DNA from: the human T2T-CHM13v2.0 reference genome, Homo sapiens
Reading direction: 5' to 3' (one strand)
DNA: 64,000 nucleotides
Assembly: GCF_009914755.1 (NCBI RefSeq)
Contig: NC_060948.1
Under the pieces are notes generated by a model, which was not told where the DNA came from, searched no databases, and saw nothing but the letters and a program-made list of their open reading frames with translations. Within the stretch, counting starts at the first letter, position 1; every line of letters starts with the position of its first letter. A program made the translations under genes and the position numbers. Below are positions 12,411 through 24,099 of the stretch, in pieces.

Positions 12411-14077
12411 CCAGTATTCATCACTAAAAAAAGTAGCAAAATATAAAGACCAACAACACTAAGAAGAAAGTGGATCAATTAATATGCAAAATAACCAGCT
12501 AGTATTGCCATGCCAGGATCAAATTGACCCGTACAAATATTAACCTTAAATGTAAGTGAACTAAATTTGCCAATTAAAGTGCACAGACTGACAAATTGGA
12601 TAGAATCAAGACCCTTTGGTGTGCTGTATTCAGGAGACTGATATCATGGGTGAAGACACACATAGGCTCAAAATAAAAGGATGGAGGAATATTTACAAAG
12701 CAAATGGAAAGTAAAAAAAAAAAAAAAAGCTGGGATTGAAATCCTGCTCTATCCTAAAATGACCATACTGCTTAAAGTAATTCACACATCTACAGTGATC
12801 TGATCTTTGACAAGCCTGACAAAAACAAGCAACTAGGGAAGGATTCCCTGGTCTGGGAAAACTGGCGAGCCATATGCAGAAACCTGAAACTGAATCCCTT
12901 TCTTACATCACATACAAAACTTAACTCAAGATGAATTAAAAGACTTAAATGTAAAACCTAAAACCCTAAAAACCCTAGAAGAAAATCTAGGCAATACCAT
13001 TCAGGATATAGGCATGGGCAAAAACTTCATGACAAAAAGACCAAAAAACAATTGCAACAAAATCCGAAATTGACAAATGGGACCTAATTAATCTAAGGAG
13101 CTTCTCCACAGCAAAAGAAAATATCGTCAGAGTGAACAGGCAACATACAGAATGTGAAAACATTTTTTCAACCTATCTATCTGACAAAGGTCTAATATCC
13201 AAAAGCTACAAGGAACTTAAAAAATTTTATAAGAAAATAAAAAACAAACCCCAACAAAAAGTGGTAAAGGATATCAACAGACACTTCTCAAAAGAAGACA
13301 TTTAATCAGCCAACAAATATATATAAAAAAAGCTCAGCATCACTGAGCATTAGAGAAATGCACATCAAAACCACAATGAGATACTGTCTCACATCGGTCA
13401 GAATGGTGACCATTAAAAAGTCAGGAAACCACAGATGCTGGCGAAGATGTGGAGAAAAAGGAATGCTCTATGCTGCTGGTGGGAGTATAAATTAGTTCAA
13501 TCACTGTGGAAGACAGTGTGGTGATTCCTCAAGGATCTATAACCAGAAATACCATTTGACCCAGCAATCCCATTATGTGGTATACACCCAGAGTATTGTA
13601 AATCATTCTACTCTAAGGAAACTGCACATGTATGCTTATTGCAGCACTATTTACACACAAAAAAGACATGGCACAAACCCAGATGCCCATCAATTATAGA
13701 CTGGATAAAGAAAATGTGGCACATATACACGATGGAATACTATGCAGCCACAAAAATGAATAAGTTCATGTCCTTTTCAGAGACATGAATGAAGTGGAAA
13801 CCGTCATTCTCAGCAAGCTAACACAGGAACAGAAAAGCAAACACTACCTATTCTCATGCATAAGTGGGAATGGAACAATGAGGACACAATGGGGCCTGTC
13901 AGGGAGTAGGGGGTAAGTGGAAGGAGATCATTAGGACAAATACCTAATGCATTCAGGGCTTAAAACTTACATGATGGGTTGATGGGTGCAGCAAACCACC
14001 GTGGCACATGTACACCTATGTAACAAAACTGCCTGTTCTGCACATGTATCCTATAATTTAAATTACAATAAAAAAAG
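12411..14077 (+). mobile_element. L1PA with large internal deletions (ORF1 end/ORF2 start joined to ORF2 end and 3'UTR)
   Basis: Endonuclease start motif TGTGCTGTATTCAGGAGAC, then abrupt jumps at ~12752 and ~12782 to late ORF2. The 3'UTR ends ...GCACATGTATCCTATAATTTAAATTACAATAAAAAAA. Confidence 0.85.
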
Positions 14078-14630
14078 GCAGGTTAAATGAAAAACTAAAT
14101 AGTATCCATGAATTTATGATGACTCCCTATTCGGTTTTTACTTAATGCTTTTTCTGTGTTTCGTGTCTGGAGGAAAGCAAAATAACAACATATTGAACCA
14201 AACATTTTAAAACAACTTAATACAAAGGGGTTGGAGCAAATTCTTTTATCTCTTTATGAAGACAAGTGTGAGTTAAAAACCACCTCTCCTAATGCTTCTC
14301 AGTGCCTCAAGGTGCTTAGGAAAAAAATAAAACTTCCAACTTAAGGATACTTGGCAGCTTCCAGAACTTTAAGGAAAGCCGAGAAATAAAGTATCCAGCT
14401 TCCGGTTCTTTCTAGGAGAGTATGCCTAGTGCCTTCAGGACCCTTGGACCTTGGAGGAAGAGCGGAGGTGGGGTAGGTGGGGGCGGTCTCTGGAGCCACT
14501 TGCCGCTCTGGCAGCCACTGCTGCTCCCCATGGGACGGCTTAGAGTCAGCCTTCAGCAGAAGCAGCAGGCTTTCCGCAAGCAGTGTTTGGTGTGTCTGCC
14601 TGTTTTCCATCTCTGTATCTTCCTTAGTGA

Positions 14631-15192
<562 letters not shown>

Positions 15193-15199
15193 TGGTAAC

Positions 15200-16225
15200 A
15201 GAGTGTTTTACAGAGTAGACATTTCAACTTTCAATAAAGTTCATATTATCCGTTTTTTTTTCTTTCATGGACTTGATAATAACTCATCACTAAACCCAAG
15301 CTCATGAAGATATTTTCCAATTACAACTTTGCACTGAAAAAATTTAATGTGTGGGTATTTTTGACTAATTTTTTTAACTGTAAAATTTGTGTCTATGTTC
15401 ATTTGTTTCCGTATAGTTTCCAGCTGTTTTCTTGCCACTTGTGAAAGAGACTTATTGTTTCCAAAGGACATTCTTTGCATTTTCGACAAAATCATTTGAC
15501 TTGGGCCTGTTTTGGGGCTGACTATTCTGTTCCACTTATCTGCTTGTCTATTAAATCATGAATGACACACTCTTGTTTATTACATTAGCTTTAGTGTAAG
15601 TATTCATATCACATCTGGCATTGCACTTCTTCAGTCTTATTTCATCTATTCTAGGTTTAGGAAAAGTTGTTGATATATTTACCTGGAATTTGATTGGAAT
15701 ATAGCTGAAATAATAATAAATGTGCTTCTCCAGAACAAGAAACATCTATTTATTTACTTTGTGAGAAGGAGTTGTGTCACCCAGGTTGGTGTGCGGTGGC
15801 ATGATCTCAGCTCACAGATTCTCCCACTTCAACGACCCAAGTAGCTGGGACCACAGGCATGCACCACCAAGCTCAGCTTATTTTTTTTGTATTTTGGGCA
15901 GAGATGGGCTTTCACCGTGTTCCCCAGGGTGGTCTCCAATTCATGGGCTCAAGGTATCTGCCTGCTGCAGACTCCCGAGGTGCTGGGATTACAGGCGTGT
16001 GACAACGTGCCTAGCCTGTCTGCATTTGCTAACATTTCCTTTGATTTCTCCCAATGGTGACTCATTGTTTTCTGAATGAATTCTGCATATTTTGTTACAG
16101 TTATACTTAATGGATTCAATTTTGCAGGTAGTATTGTAAATGGTGTTTTAATATTTCAAAATCCAATTATTTATATTCATTATTGCTGATATAGAGAAAA
16201 TCAATTGAGTTTTGTATATTGACCG
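15200..16225 (-). mobile_element. old L1M fragments interrupted by an Alu (15760-16017)
   Basis: Antisense L1 motifs (GGAATTTGATTGGAAT, ATAGAGAAAATCAATTGAGTTTTGTATATTGACC) and an internally deleted Alu body. Confidence 0.65.
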
Positions 16226-16256
16226 TCTTCTTTGCTTCCTTTTATCTCCATTCTAG

Positions 16257-16515
16257 ATATGGGAAGGTTGGCTGTATCTCACTTCCACTTCGTGAGATGA
16301 CCGCCTGGATTAACCCACCCCAAATTTCAGAGATTTTCCAAGGCTACCACCAGAGGGTGCACGGAGCTGATGCACTGAGCCTGCAAACCAACTCTCTGAG
16401 AAGCAGGTTATCTTCACAGTGCCTCGGACAGAGCTTCCTTCTCAGGACACTCGAGAGAGGCCGTGGTTTCAGGGCACTTGGGGACATCTGTGGCCACGTT
16501 CATGAAGAAGACTAA
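16257..16515 (+). CDS. PRY: PRY/PRY2 last coding exon (YGKVGCISLPLREMTAWINPPQ...GDICGHVHEED*)
   Basis: Long polypyrimidine tract with TAG acceptor at 16255-16256 and TAA stop at 16513-16515. The exons total 69+116+259 = 444 nt = 147 aa plus stop, the recalled PRY length. Confidence 0.94.
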
Positions 16516-16730
16516 GCCTACTTCATCTCAGGACCCGCCCAAGAGTGGCCGCGGCTTTGGGACACCTGGGGTCGGGTCCACCATGAGGATAAAACCTCCT
16601 TCTCTTCTGGACATGTCCAGGAGTGGCCGTTGCTACAAGTCACCTGGTGCTACGACCAGGGTGAGAATAAAGACGTCTCCTCAGGACCCTCCCAGGAGAG
16701 TACATGGCATTGAGACATCTGGCGGCCAAG
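16441..16730 (+). repeat. degenerate tandem repeat, ~75-86 bp unit, 4 copies
   Basis: The motif CTCAGGAC...GAG(A/T)GGCCG...CA(C/T)(C/T)TGG recurs at 16441, 16527, 16605 and 16680. Confidence 0.7.
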
Positions 16731-17294
16731 TGAGGAAAAGACACCCTGTCTGCAGCACCCAGAACTGAGGAGGGGCACTGCCCTGGGCCTTACTTCCCAG
16801 CCCTGGCCTCCAATTCTGACCTTACAAAAGTGTCCCTTGAGTGAGGCAGTGACCACGCATTGTCACAGCTACCAAAGTGTGGTTTGCAGATGATCTGGGC
16901 TTGTTTCTGGCGGAGATTCTGGTACAGAGAAAGGAGAGGCGCTGAGTGGAACCACGATGGGCTGAGGCCAGGGGAGACATCGCAACCTCCAACAACACTT
17001 TTTTTCATGCTTTAATAACTCATTTTTCTTAGAGAACTAAAGTAGTTGAAACAATATAGAAACATTTTTTAAGTAGGCATATTAGAACTTGAATTATTAT
17101 GTAAGTTTAAATATATGATATATGCCTGGTTAGCAACATTTTTTCTTTTCCTGAGACAGTCACAGTTTAACTGAGAGTGCATTTGTAATGGTAATGTAAA
17201 TGTCTGCTTTATACATATTGACATCCTACATTAGCTGAGATATACTAACAATATCAAACTTTGATATTATGCCATAAAATTAGTTGAAGAATTC

Positions 17295-17918
17295 TGATCC
17301 AGATATGAGTGACAAATGGTCCATGACACATCCCTACTCAGGAGATCCTGAGAACATGTGCCCCAGGTGGTATGTTCACAGCCTACATTTATGCATTTTA
17401 GAGAGACCTGAGACATCAATCAAACACATGTAAGATGTACATTGGTTTGGTCCAGGAAGGATGGACAACTTGAAAATAGTGATGGTGTGGGGCTGGGCTT
17501 TCAAGTTACAGGTAGATATAAATATGTTTTAATTGGCAGTTGGCTGAAAGAGTTAAATTATTATCTAAAAACATAAAATCAATAGACAGGAATGACTGGG
17601 TTACAATAAATAATAAGGGCTGTAGAGACCAAAGTTTTATTATGATGATGAAGCCTCCATGTAGCAGGCTCGAGAAAATAGGTGGTAAATATTCCTTATC
17701 AGATTTAAGGTATGTGTTGCTGTTAGTGGTGGTCAGCTTTTTCTAAAGTTCAAAAGGGAATAGTATGTAATGAAGCATGTGTGTCCCTCTTTCTTGTCAG
17801 GAAGTGAAGCAATTTTGGAATGCTCTTGATCAAAAGGAGGGGTCCATTCAGATGGCTGTGGTTGGCGGGGGGACAGGAGAGTTAATTTTTTTTAACAAGT
17901 GTTTCATTTCTGTTTACA
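17295..17918 (-). mobile_element. MER4-family LTR
   Basis: CTCAGGAGATCCTGAGAACATGTGCCCCAGGTGG...GTAAGATGTACATTGGTTTGGTCCAGGAAGG...GGGGTCCATTCAGATGG...TTTACA. Confidence 0.75.
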
Positions 17919-18279
17919 AAAGTATAACCTATTAAAGTGTTATAAATTATAATTATCTAAGAGAAAAAAGGGATTTCTTAAATCTAAAAACATAGAAAAT
18001 AACCTAACCCATCAAACCTTATGGATTTTTTTTTCTTTCTGTTTTTAAAGTTGCCAAGGATGCTTTGCTTGTAAGTCATATATTTGACCTGTTGACCATC
18101 TGGGTATAGTTCTGTTGCTTCTTCAAAAATTGTACCCAGCAACCTTCCAAAAGTGTTTTTAAGTAAATTTCTTAAATTGTAGCAATAAACAAAATGAAAA
18201 GACAATATTAAACATTACTGAGGTTTATCAAAGGACATACAAAATTTCAACTCTTATTCCTTTCCTTCTTCTTCTCCTT

Positions 18280-18532
18280 TTATTTTTATTTTGAGACAGG
18301 GTCTCATTCTTTTTCCCAGCCTGGAGTGCAGAAGTGCTATGATGGCTCACTGCAGCCTCTAACTGCTGAGCTCAACTGATCTTCTGCCTTAGCTTCAGTT
18401 ATCATATCTGGCTAACTTTTTGTATTTTTTGAGAGAGACAAAGACTTGCCATGTTGCCTGGACCTGTCTTAAATGCCTGGACTCACATTATCTGCCTGCC
18501 TTGGCCTCCAAAAGTGCTGAGATTACAGGCAT
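18280..18532 (-). mobile_element. AluJ-like
   Basis: GAGACAGGGTCTC...GGCTCACTGCAGCCTC...AAAGTGCTGAGATTACAGGC. Confidence 0.85.
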
Positions 18533-18811
18533 TAATATAACATTTATGTTAGGGTTAGATAAAAATCAATCTTTTGGCTAAGTTATGAACATGCATATTA
18601 TGCAATTATATATGTCTAATTTTCATCATTTTCTATGTCAACATTACTCATTTTAAAGTCATATTCAAGGGGTAAGGCAAAACCGCCTATGAATTGGCAT
18701 ATTTGTTTATTTCTCTGTTTGTGAAAATGTCCATAGTTTTTTCAGAATACAAATAAATTTCAACTCTGTTATGCAAAAAAACAGAATAGAATCTTCTTTG
18801 CAATTAATTTT

Positions 18812-19543
18812 TTTCTTTTATTACTATACTTTAAGTTTTAGGGTACATGTGCACATTGTGCAGGTTAGTTACATATGTATACATGTGCCATGCTGGTGCG
18901 CTGCACCCACTAACTCATCATCTAGCATTAGATATATCTCCCAGTGCTATCCCTCCCCCCTCCCCCCACCCCACAACAGTCCCCAGAGTGTGATGTTCCC
19001 CTTCCTGTGTCCATGTGATCTCATTGTTCAATTCCGACCTATGAGTGAGAATATGCGGTGTTGGGTTTTTTGTTCTTGTGATAGTTTACTGAGAACAATG
19101 ATTTCCAATTTCATCCATGTCCCTACAAAGGACATGAACTCATCATTTCTTATGGCTGTATAGTATTCCATGGTGTATATGTGCCACATTTCCTTAATCC
19201 AGTCTATCATTGTTGGATATTTGGGTTGGTTCCAAGTCTTTGCTATTGTGAATAATGCCGCAATAAACATATGTGTGCATGTGTCTTTATAGCAGCATGA
19301 TTTATAGTCCTTTGGGTATATACCCAGTAATGGGATGGCTGGGTCAAATGGTATTTCTAGTTCTAGATCCCTGAGGAATCGCCACGCTGACTTCCACAAT
19401 GGTTGAACTAGTTCACAGTCCCACCAACAGTGTAAAAGTGTTCCTATTTCTCCACATCCTCTCCAGCACCTGTTGTTTCCTGACTTTTCAATGATTGCCA
19501 TTCTAACTGGTGTGAGATGGTATCTCATTGTGGTTTTGATTTC
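18812..19543 (-). mobile_element. young 5'-truncated L1 (L1PA2/3-like)
   Basis: Near-consensus ORF2 C-terminus (ORF 19028-19612) and 3'UTR with the non-Ta GAG diagnostic. TSD TGC(A/G)ATTAATTTT at 18799-18811 and 19544-19556. Confidence 0.93.
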
Positions 19544-19683
19544 TGCGATTAATTTTATAGTTACCTTGCATACAGGGAATGTGCTGCCTATAAAAAATAT
19601 GAACTGAACCACAGGCCTTAAACACTAAAAAAAATTTAAGAGTTTATTCTAATTTATTTTATCCTATAAATCAATTGTATTTA

Positions 19684-20018
19684 TATACAATATAGAAAGT
19701 TCACAGCCATCAACAGTTCTACTGCAGTTTCAGGTGAAATGGGAATTTAGGAATTTCTGTGGAACTGTAGGCGCAGTGAAACATTTAGGTAAAATATGTG
19801 TATGCCTTTAGCAGCACTTGTGAAGGGACGTCTCTCAAATTAAACTCAATGCATTTCTTCTCAGCAAAATGACCTGGGCCACTCTCCCTGGCTTTCACTG
19901 TTGTTGATGTTCATGCATGTTCTCTTTTTATCATTAATTTATGACTCTGAAGATATCCATTTGACGTCGTGGCATGAGGGCTTTCAAAACCACTGTAGAT
20001 TTTCTACTCTTCATCCAT
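19684..20018 (-). pseudogene. ELOC: processed ELOC (Elongin C/TCEB1) pseudogene
   Basis: Intronless. Translates MDEE*KIYSGFESPHA...IKREHA*TSTTVKARESGPGHFAE...VPSQVLLK...SSTEIPKFP/PETAVELLMAVNFLYC with stops and frameshifts. An ELOC-like 5'UTR (GAAACTACTCAAGTTCCTGGGG) extends to about 20150. Confidence 0.9.
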
Positions 20019-20169
20019 TATGTACTTAAGTATTTCTACTTTGACTCCCCAGGAACTTGAGTAGTTTCTGCTTAGCCCATGGACAGTGCAGCCCAGGTCC
20101 CAATAAAGCAGCACAGACCCCACTCCAAGGCCACCCCCAACCCCAGCTGCCTGCTCCTGTGTGTTCAAG

Positions 20170-20860
20170 GGAAGTTGGAGAACATGCAGCTTGTTGTTTT
20201 TACAAATAAAATTGTTGTGTTAATTTCATTTTCATATCATTTATTGCTAGTGTATACAAATAGATTTTAGTGTATTGATATATATACTGTATGTTTGTTT
20301 AATTTGTTTATTAGATTTTATTATTTCTTGTTGATTTCTTATGATTTTCTGTATATGAGATCATGAGATCCATGAGTAGGTAGTTTTATTTTATTTTTTG
20401 ACATATGAATGGCTTCATATATATTTTTCTTTTCCAATTATTTCGGATGGAACTTCTAATACAGTATCAAATGCAATGATGAAAGTGAGCATCAGTGCTG
20501 TGTTCTTCATCTTAAAGCTTTTGTTCCCAACAATTCAGACGCTGATTGTTATGGGTTTTGTATAAAGACGTGTTATCATGTGAAAGACATTTTAATCACA
20601 GTTTATTGGATGTTGTTATCAGTAAACATGTTGACTAACTTTAAGTATTTTCTGTAACAGTTGAGATATACATGTACTGTTTTCCCAGCATTTAATTTAC
20701 ATGGTATATTGAAGAGGGATGGCTTCAGAATGTTAAAACAAGCCTCAATTTTCTAGAAAAAAAACGTAATCACATAGGTGCATAATGTCTTCCTCGTGTA
20801 GTTAATTCCATGTACTATTATTTGGTTACATAATCTAATGTCTCTAATTATCATATTTGT
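20170..20860 (-). mobile_element. old L1M ORF2 fragment
   Basis: TTATTGCTAGTGTATACAAATAGATTTT and GGAACTTCTAATACAGTATCAAATGCAATGATGAAAGTGAGCATC. Confidence 0.6.
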
Positions 20861-20919
20861 TAACATTTAGTGTTTTGTCCCAGTGACATCATCTGTTTAA
20901 TTCAATTTTCAATTGGAGT

Positions 20920-22222
20920 TAAGAGGTAAGGTTAAGTGTACTCTTATGGGCATTAGGGGTTAGAGTCATAGATGATATATTTAAAATTCTTTGAAGGGTG
21001 ATATGATAATATTAAGAATGGGATAGAAGTTTGGGATTAGGAATAGGGGTTTACAATTGCAGAAAAAAGTTTAGATTGAGGGTTAGATCTGGGGTTGGGT
21101 TAGAGGTCAGTGTTGTGGTAGGATTAGGGTTATGATTAGGATTAGGATTAGGGACAGGGTTAAAGTTTAGTGTTATGTTTAGGGCTACAGTTAGAATCAA
21201 GATTAGATGTTAGTTTTAGGGTCAGGTTATGTTTAGGTTTAGGGTAAGAAATAGGCCTACAGTTAGAGGTTGTTGTTAGTGTAGGGTTAGGTTCTGGCTT
21301 AACTTCATGGTGAGGGTTAGAGTTAGTGCTTAGGGTGAGAGTTAAGGTGACGGTGAGGGTTAGGGTAAGAGGGTTAGTGCATTAGCGTTAGGGTTTGGGT
21401 TTAGGGTTTGTGTTAGGATAAGAATAAGGATTCGGTTTAGGGTTTCAGGTTAGCATTAGGGTTAGTGTTTAGGGTGCAGTGTTATTTTTAGGGTTATTGT
21501 TTAGCATTTAGGTTAGGGTTAGGGTCACTTTAGGGTTAGGATGAGGGGTTAGTGTTTGGCCTAGTGTTAAGCTTTAGGGTTAGCGTTAGGGTGGGTTTAG
21601 TTTTAGGGTTAGAGTTCAGGGTTACAGTTGGGATTGGGTTTATTATATGTGATTATAGTTAGCATTTAAGTTTTAGTGTTAGAGCTATGGTTGCAGTTGC
21701 ATTTGAGGTTGTGGGTTAGAGTTAGGGTTAGGGTTAGTGTCAGGATTAAGTTTAGGGATATGGTCAGCGTATTTTTAGAATTAGGGTTGGGGTAGGAATT
21801 TGGATTAGGGATGTTGGTTATGTGTTATGCTTATGTTTTTAAGGTTAGAATTTTAATTTTCAGGTTAGAGTTAAGGGTGCTTTTAGGGTTAGGTTTGAAG
21901 GAGCTTTAGGGGTCAGAGTTAGAGTTAGGGGTTAGGGTTCAGTGTTTAGAGGTAGTGTTAGAGTTAGGGTTTGGTTTAGTATTTCTGTTAGTGTTTTTCT
22001 GAGTGTTATGTTTAAGGGTAGATTTAGGGTTTGGGGTAGATTTAGGGTTAGGGGTAGGTGTAGGTGTATGTTTAGGGTTATGGGTTGCGGTAGGGTTATA
22101 TTTATGGATAGGGATATGTTTTGTTAATGGTTCAGGTTGGGTTTATGTGGAGATTAGGGTTAGGGCTTGAGGGTTATTGTTAGTGTTTTAGTGTTAGTAA
22201 TAGGGGTTATATTTAGGGTTAG
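20920..22222 (+). repeat. degenerate interstitial telomere-like array, (TTAGGG)n variants
   Basis: Dense GGGTTA/TTAGGG/TTTAGG/GTTAGA variants with short perfect runs at 21511-21525 and 21721-21737. Confidence 0.9.
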
Positions 22223-22306
22223 ACATCTTTTTCACCCATCTTCACCCGACTAATCAGCACTCTCTTTCTGACTTCTGAGGTTCATATGCATTCCATACGT
22301 ATTTAG

Positions 22307-22642
22307 ATTATTTATTTGTTTATTTGTTTGTTTGTTTATATATGTTTGTTTATTTATTTATTGGAGACGGAGTTTCACTCTTGTTGACGTGACTGGAGTA
22401 GTATGGTTTGACCTCAACTCACACAACCTCCGCCTCCCAGGTTGAAGTGATTATCCTACCTCAGCTCCTGAGTAGCTGAGATTAAAGGCATCCACCATCA
22501 CACCTAACTAATTTTGTATTTTTATTAGAGACACGGTTTCTCCATGTTTGTCAGGCTGGTCTCAAACTTTCAACTGCAAGTGATCCATCTGCCTTGGCCT
22601 CCTGAATTGCTGGTATTATCGACAAAAGCCACCATGCCCTGC
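22307..22642 (-). mobile_element. AluS with (TTTA/TTTG) tail
   Basis: GAGACGGAGTTTCACTCTTGTTG...GCCACCATGCCC. Confidence 0.88.
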
Positions 22643-23124
22643 ATCAGACTTTGAAATAACCTGACTTAAAGTGGATCTACCAACAATGTGCCACCTCTTC
22701 ACTGTGAGTTGTACACTTCTTGGGATTGCACGGCTGCAAATGGATATGTCTTCTCCAAACTTAAAGCTGCAGATACATCTCAACAACCTTCCTGCAGATA
22801 GACGCTACCCACTCTGAAACTTCTCTCCACTGAAGCCTTCAGTGATGTTTTAACAACCTGCTTCTTCATCTTGTCTCTCTTGGCCCTGTCTTCACTGAGT
22901 GTTGCAGAGATGCAGGTATTTCCTGTTTTTGAAATGGACTTACCCACTTTCTGTCTCCTGAAAGCTGCGCCATCACTCAATAAAGCATCTATTTACCCTA
23001 ATTATTCTCCTGTTTTCCACATACATAATTCTCCCTGGATATGCATCAAGAATTCAAGACCCACTTAATGGAGAACCTGAAGATTAGTAACAGAAACAAG
23101 GCTGAAACACAGAAACCCACACTT

Positions 23125-24096
23125 AACATCAACACAGATTCTATTCCTTGTGCTGAGATTCAGATTTTTTTCGGCACACCACACTCTCTCATTGACCTGT
23201 TTTAACTTCATCTTTAACTTTACAGTAAATAAGGGCATTACTTTTCTCTAGCACAACTGAATTATATGAGGCAAAGTCCTTAATTTGAGTCATAACCACT
23301 TGGGGGAAAAGTTGCAGTCCAAGACACCTGAGAGACCAGGTCTCTGGCACATGCCTCCCATGCTTTCAGCTTTCTCCCACCAATCAACATTACATTGGCC
23401 TATGCTTCACCCATCATCTTGGGAAATTTAATGGTAAAACAGCAACCTGGACTCTGTCCAAAGGTCATAGAAGCAGTTTAAAACCAAGCCTTTTTGTTAG
23501 CCTAAACCAAATCACAAAGAGGAAGTATGGATGCATCTAGTCAAATGGCTGGGCTATTGGCTGATACAACAATAGGCTTCTTAAACTGAATGAAACTATT
23601 CACAATGTTCTTTACAGTATCCACTCTTACAATGCTTTCTCTGTTTCTGTCATTTCTTAAATGCAAACAAAATCAAGACCTCAGCAAGGGACGCAGCCAT
23701 CTGCACTAGGCAGCATAAGCTTCCTGTCATCTGCAGCAGCCCTATACAGAGCATTCTTGATTTTTTTTCATTACTTCAATATTTAGTGAGTTGTTCTCTG
23801 TCAATCTCATTGATAGCACTTTCTGGGTAAAGCCATCATTTTCCCTCACCAAAATGTTTCTGAGTCTACTGGCACTTTCTATTAGCCTTATGGTTAAATA
23901 CATCCTTTTGATAAAAGGCTGGTCTTTTTCATCATCAATAATCTCTCTTTTCCCCCCTCTCATGCTTGGAACAAATGTATGGATTTTTTTTCTTCCATTG
24001 GCTGTTTATGGAATTGCTAATACCAGTGTACCTTCCTTGTTAGCTGAGCCCGTAACCATGGAAGCAGTAACCGAGCCAGACCCCTGAGACATTAGT
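23125..24096 (-). pseudogene. CDY: CDY-family pseudogene, 5'-truncated (hinge plus CoA-pocket domain, no chromodomain)
   Basis: Translates LMSQGSGSVTASMVTGSA...DQPFIKRMYLTIRLIESAS...DGFTQKVLS...NSLNIEVMK...QIKDFASYNSVVLEK...SAQGIESVL, collinear with CDY1 as recalled, with stops and frameshifts. Confidence 0.9.
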
Positions 24097-24099
24097 GGG

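Noticed and set aside
21942-22127. Arg/Val/Gly-rich ORF
   Set aside because: It is a translation of the telomere-like array.
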